Part shown: piece by piece, positions 59,721 to 64,000 of the stretch
How the letters are laid out: each line of letters begins with the position of its first letter
How positions within the stretch are numbered: the stretch's first letter is position 1
From: Sminthopsis crassicaudata
Taxonomy: Eukaryota
DNA: 64,000 bases
Assembly (NCBI RefSeq): GCF_048593235.1
Contig: NC_133622.1
Span: forward strand, 216,535,198-216,599,197
Direction of reading: 5' to 3'
Program-made: the position numbers and the translations under genes
The notes under the pieces: generated by a model
Databases searched by the model: none
What the model was told of the DNA's origin: nothing
Seen by the model: the letters and a program-made list of their open reading frames with translations, nothing else

Positions 59721-60400
59721 GTGCCAGGCGCTGCGCCATGTACTGAGTTTTATCTAAAGTAGGCATTTTTCCTATTATTTCTTCCCAAAAAAAGTTTGTT
59801 TTTAATTTCCTATTGCTTCTTTTACTCTCTCCTATCCCCTTCATTTTGCCTCTATCATTCTTCAAGTTTGTCCCCTTCAGAGGGTCTACCCCATCACTCA
59901 AGTGGGATTTCACACACACACACATATCTGGGCCTGAGATCCTCTGGCAATCCCACAACCACACTACAACCAGGCAGGTTCCTGCTCCTTCCCACCAGAT
60001 AGAGGGCTATTGATGCGTCTAAAACCAGCATGAGTCATAGTCTAAACATCCCATGAGTTCTTCTCAGACAAGTTGCACCCTGCCTCCGGCTCCCTGCATG
60101 GGCCTCCCTGACATCAGGACTCAGAAAACCAGAGCCCCCGGCTTTTGGTTCTTTCATCTTTGGGTGGGCCAACTGGTCATATTCCTAATGACCAAGAATC
60201 AGTAACTCTCCAATCNNNNNNNNNNNNNNNNNNNNNNNNNNNNNNNNNNNNNNNNNNNNNNNNNNNNNNNNNNNNNNNNNNNNNNNNNNNNNNNNNNNNN
60301 NNNNNNNNNNNNNNNNNNNNNNNNNNNNNNNNNNNNNNNNNNNNNNNNNNNNNNNNNNNNNNNNNNNNNNNNNNNNNNNNNNNNNNNNNNNNNNNNNNNN

Positions 60401-61400
60401 GAGAGAGGAAGACAAGGCTAGACAGAGAAAGAGACAGAGAGAGAGAAATATAGAGACAGAAAGAAAGACAGAGACAGAGACAGAGTGACGGAAAGACAGA
60501 GACAGAAAGAGACACAGAGAGAGAATGAGGGGAAGAGAGACAGACAGACAGATAAATGGACAGACAGAAGGAGAGACAGAGAGAGAGAGAAAGGGAAAAA
60601 GAGAGACAGAGAAAGAGAGAGAGAAATAGAAACAGAGACAGAGACTCCATGAACCCCTTCTCAAAATACTATTTTAAGGGAATAAGCACTTATTATGAGA
60701 GAGAGAGACCAAGACATAGACAGAGAGAAAAAGAGAGAGACAGAGACAGAGAGAGATGGAGTAAGAGGGAATGATAGTGAGTAGAGAGGTAGAAAATAGA
60801 GAAGACCAAGGGAGGATTGGAGACAGACAGAAATAGAGAGACTATTATAGCTTAATGTGCAAACTCAGTCAGATGTGGTCTATTATAACCAACCACCAGG
60901 TATTTTCCTGCCCAGTCAGTACTTCTGTGTGGTCAATTTTCCTCCTCTTGTCTCCATTTTATTGGGTGATGATTCCTAAACATACAATTTTGAATTTAAT
61001 AGATGTTTATTAAACACAAACAATAGTCTGTGCAAGGCCATGAACCATTAAGCTTCATTCTTTTTTTATTCTCATTTCTACCTCTTTTTAAAGGGAGAGA
61101 GGAGGGAAAGGAAGAAGAGAGAATAATAGGGGATGGAATAAGTTTAAATATGCTGGACACCAAGATAAGCACTTTTTTTACAGATTGAAAAGAAGGGGAA
61201 GAGAAGAAAGGAGATGGGGGAGAGACAAGTAAGAGAAGAAAGAGGGAAAGAAAAGACTGAGGGAAGTGAAAATGGAAAGGAGAAAGAAAAGACAAAGGAG
61301 AGAGAAAGCAAGGGGAAAGAGGAGTAAGAAAGAAGAAGAAAGATGAGGGACAGAAGGGAGAGAGAGAGTGGAGGCAGGGGTGAGAAGACTAAGAGAAAGC
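60401..61400. repeat. GA-rich polypurine tracts (60401-60840 and 61090-61400)
   Basis: Read directly; contains a 50-bp non-GA insert at 60646-60695. Confidence 0.9.
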
Positions 61401-61633
61401 TGGGCTGAGAAACTATACTTAAGGAGTCCCACCAACATAGAGGCTGATCTTGTAATGGTGCTTCTTGTAAAATACATGGAGAGAAAGTCTTGGACAAGTG
61501 TTGAAGATCCTGCGAATGGCTCCTCAGAGAAGCAGAGATGGCTCCTGCTGAGAATCAAGCATGGCAGCCACAGGATTGCCATAGATCCCACACGTCTCAG
61601 AATTACAGAGTGATCTCAGAGACCATTTCAGTC

Positions 61634-62086
61634 CAGAGCTTCTTTACCTTTTTCTGTCATGGACTTCTTTGGCAAGATAGTGAAATCCATGAACCCCTTC
61701 TCAGAATACTATTTTTGAGGGAATAAGCATTTATTAAGTGCCTACCAAGTGCCAGACATGATACTAAAATTTTTTTACAGATATTATCTCATTTGATCCT
61801 CACAACAATCTTGGGAGATAAGTGCTATTATAATCCCCATTTTACACTTGAGGAAACTGAGGTAAATAAAAGTTACTTGCCAAGGATCACAAAACTAGAA
61901 AGTATCTGAGGCCAGATTTCAACTTAGTCTTCCTGACTCCCGACCCTTTCGATTCACTCTTACCACAACCTGCTTAATGAATATTTAAATGCATAAAATA
62001 AAATACATATGATCGTAAAGGAAAGCAATTTTATCAACATAAAAAGTAGTTTTAAATATTCATGGACTCCAGTTTAAGAACCCCTG
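61634..62086 (+). mobile_element. hAT-Charlie MITE interrupted by a MIR/MAR1 (about 61720-61975, minus strand)
   Basis: Left arm tgtcatggacttctttggcaag...ccatgaaccccttctcagaat; right arm aaatgcataaaataaaatacat...tttaagaacccctg. Confidence 0.8.
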
Positions 62087-62251
62087 CTCCAATACAATTC
62101 ATCCCAAAAGATTGAATTCCCTAACAAGAAATCATCCAACCTTCATTAATTGACCTTTAGCATAGAGAAACTCATCATTTCCCAAAACTATCCACTCCGT
62201 TGCTGGACAATTTGATTTATGAATATGTTCTCCCTTATAAATGAAATCTGA

Positions 62252-62255
<4 letters not shown>

Positions 62256-62314
<59 letters not shown>

Positions 62315-62320
62315 ACACAT
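62256..62320. repeat. (CA)27 microsatellite with degenerate tail
   Basis: Read directly from sequence. Confidence 0.98.
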
Positions 62321-63679
62321 CCTGTTTCTACTTTCTGGCAGAATAAGCTTGATCCACTTCCATGTGACAACTCTTTGAATGTTTCAGGACAATAATCTCC
62401 TTCGAATTCTAGTTCATTCAGAGCTAGAATGGATCTTGAGGAGAAGGGAGATAGACTTATCAGTTTCAACCTCCTTATGTTACAGATGGGGAAATTGAGG
62501 CACAAAGCCAGTCAACAAAGTTCCTACTATGAGCCAAAAGATTCCTAAATGCTGTAGATACAAAGGGGCGGAGAGGGGAAGCTCATATTCCAAAGGAGCT
62601 TACAGAGTATATGGGAGACAACATGCGGGCAACCTTATATAAGATCAATTTGCGAACCTCCAGGGCCTAAGCTGTTCTTTTTGATTTTGGAAGGTGTGGG
62701 TAGGACTTAATGCTCCTTGCTAGATCTTGAGCAGGAAGCTTCCTTCCAGGAACAGGACATAGAGTCCAATATCTTCATTTTGTAGGTGAAGAAACAATGT
62801 CCGGATAGAACTTCTACTTATATATCTCTCACTCCAAGGCTGATTCCCTATCTGCTACTTCACCAAAGAATTCTATTGTGGTTCTAGGGACTGAAATAAT
62901 ATTAAGATATTTTGCATTTAAATAAACTAACAAGTAAAAATTGTCACCAAGGAAATTTGCTTGTAATTATGTTCAGAGTTAAATATAAAACTTTTAATTA
63001 AATAGTTTAAGTAATTTTACTTTAAAAAAAAACTTTTAAAGAGTAAAATTCAGACAGCAGGGAAAATAAGTATCTGTTAAATCCATTGTAATGGGGGTCT
63101 GGTACATGTGCAGACACTGACAGTTGGATAAGATAGAATCATCCAGAGAAGGCCCCAGTGACCTAAATCTGAGAGAATCATGAATACAGGAACATGGATG
63201 GTCATCCTGCATTGGGTTACCAATCATTTGGGGAGGAGAAGCCTTTTTTCCCACTGATTTTTTATCAGCGACACCCTGAGGAACAAGAGATCTAGAACTC
63301 TGGGCCAACAGAAGTCATTGGCTATGACAGGTTTGGACCTAAACTTGGTGCCCCATTATATACCCATTATACCCATGGGCCATTACCTAGAGTCCTTCTA
63401 GGCAACATGTCACTTCTCCCTCAAAACATTTTAATAGGTACCTTCTGAACACCCAAAGCCTGACTTGCAACGAAATAGGTCGATGGAAGAGGTAGTTTAA
63501 AATGGGGTCTTTCAGCATGGTTCTCATCACACTCTGCAGGCAACAACCTTTTCCATATCTCATCCTGGCCCTGACAAATGTCTCCATGTTTATAGTTGGC
63601 AGAAACACAAATAAGAAAGGAGTCTTGAAGTCCATTTTATAGGTAACAACACTAAAACCTTGAGCATTTAAAGCAACTA

Positions 63680-64000
63680 ATTCATATGTCCAAAGACTAT
63701 AAAACTGTGCATACCCCTTGATCCAACAGTGCCATTGCTGACTCTAACCCAAAGAGATCATAAAAGAGGGGGATGGACCCACATGGACAAAAATGTTTGT
63801 AACTGCTCTTTTTATGGTGGCAAATAATTGGAAACTGAGTGGATGCCCATCAATTGAGGAATAAATTGTGGTATTTGAATGGAATGGAATACTATTGTTC
63901 TATAAAAAAGTGATGAGCGGGCTGATTTCAGAAAGGCCTGGAGAGACTTACAGGAACTGATGCTGAGTGGAGTGAGCAGAACCAGGAGAACACTGTATAC
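63680..64000 (+). mobile_element. 5'-truncated L1 ORF2 end (cut by window end)
   Basis: aaaactgtgcataccccttgatccaacagtg...ggaaactgagtggatgcccatcaattg...gcagaaccaggagaacactgtatac. Confidence 0.9.

Overview
Eukaryotic, repeat-rich, non-coding DNA from an Australian marsupial, most likely a dasyurid such as the Tasmanian devil. This is inferred from WSINE1-type SINEs, MAR1/MIR CORE-SINEs, marsupial L1 3' ends and an OC1-like hAT MITE. Seven N-gaps suggest a short-read scaffold. I recognise no protein-coding gene, rRNA, tRNA or CRISPR array. The supplied ORFs are L1 ORF2p remnants (31911-32231, 32829-33086), translations of microsatellites or N-gaps, or chance ORFs. Much of the window is transposon relics (MIR/MAR1, WSINE1, L1, L2, CR1/L3, hAT MITEs, solo LTRs). 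Between them lie non-repetitive, partly CpG-retaining blocks that look like enhancers (about 22.0-23.5 kb, 34.1-34.9 kb, 45.0-45.5 kb, 51.4-52.2 kb) and one full-consensus CTCF motif (27477-27490). The most interesting observations are: a probable horizontally transferred OC1-type MITE; several well-bounded but unidentified minus-strand exon or microexon candidates; local copy events that cross element junctions (a 0.5 kb duplication, a 50 bp templated insertion, a 100 bp minisatellite); nested insertions datable by TSDs; and repeated template-switch palindromes inside old SINEs. I found no convincing novel multi-gene system. Repeat family names are from pattern recognition and need Dfam/Repbase confirmation, and repeat boundaries without TSD/TIR support are approximate.
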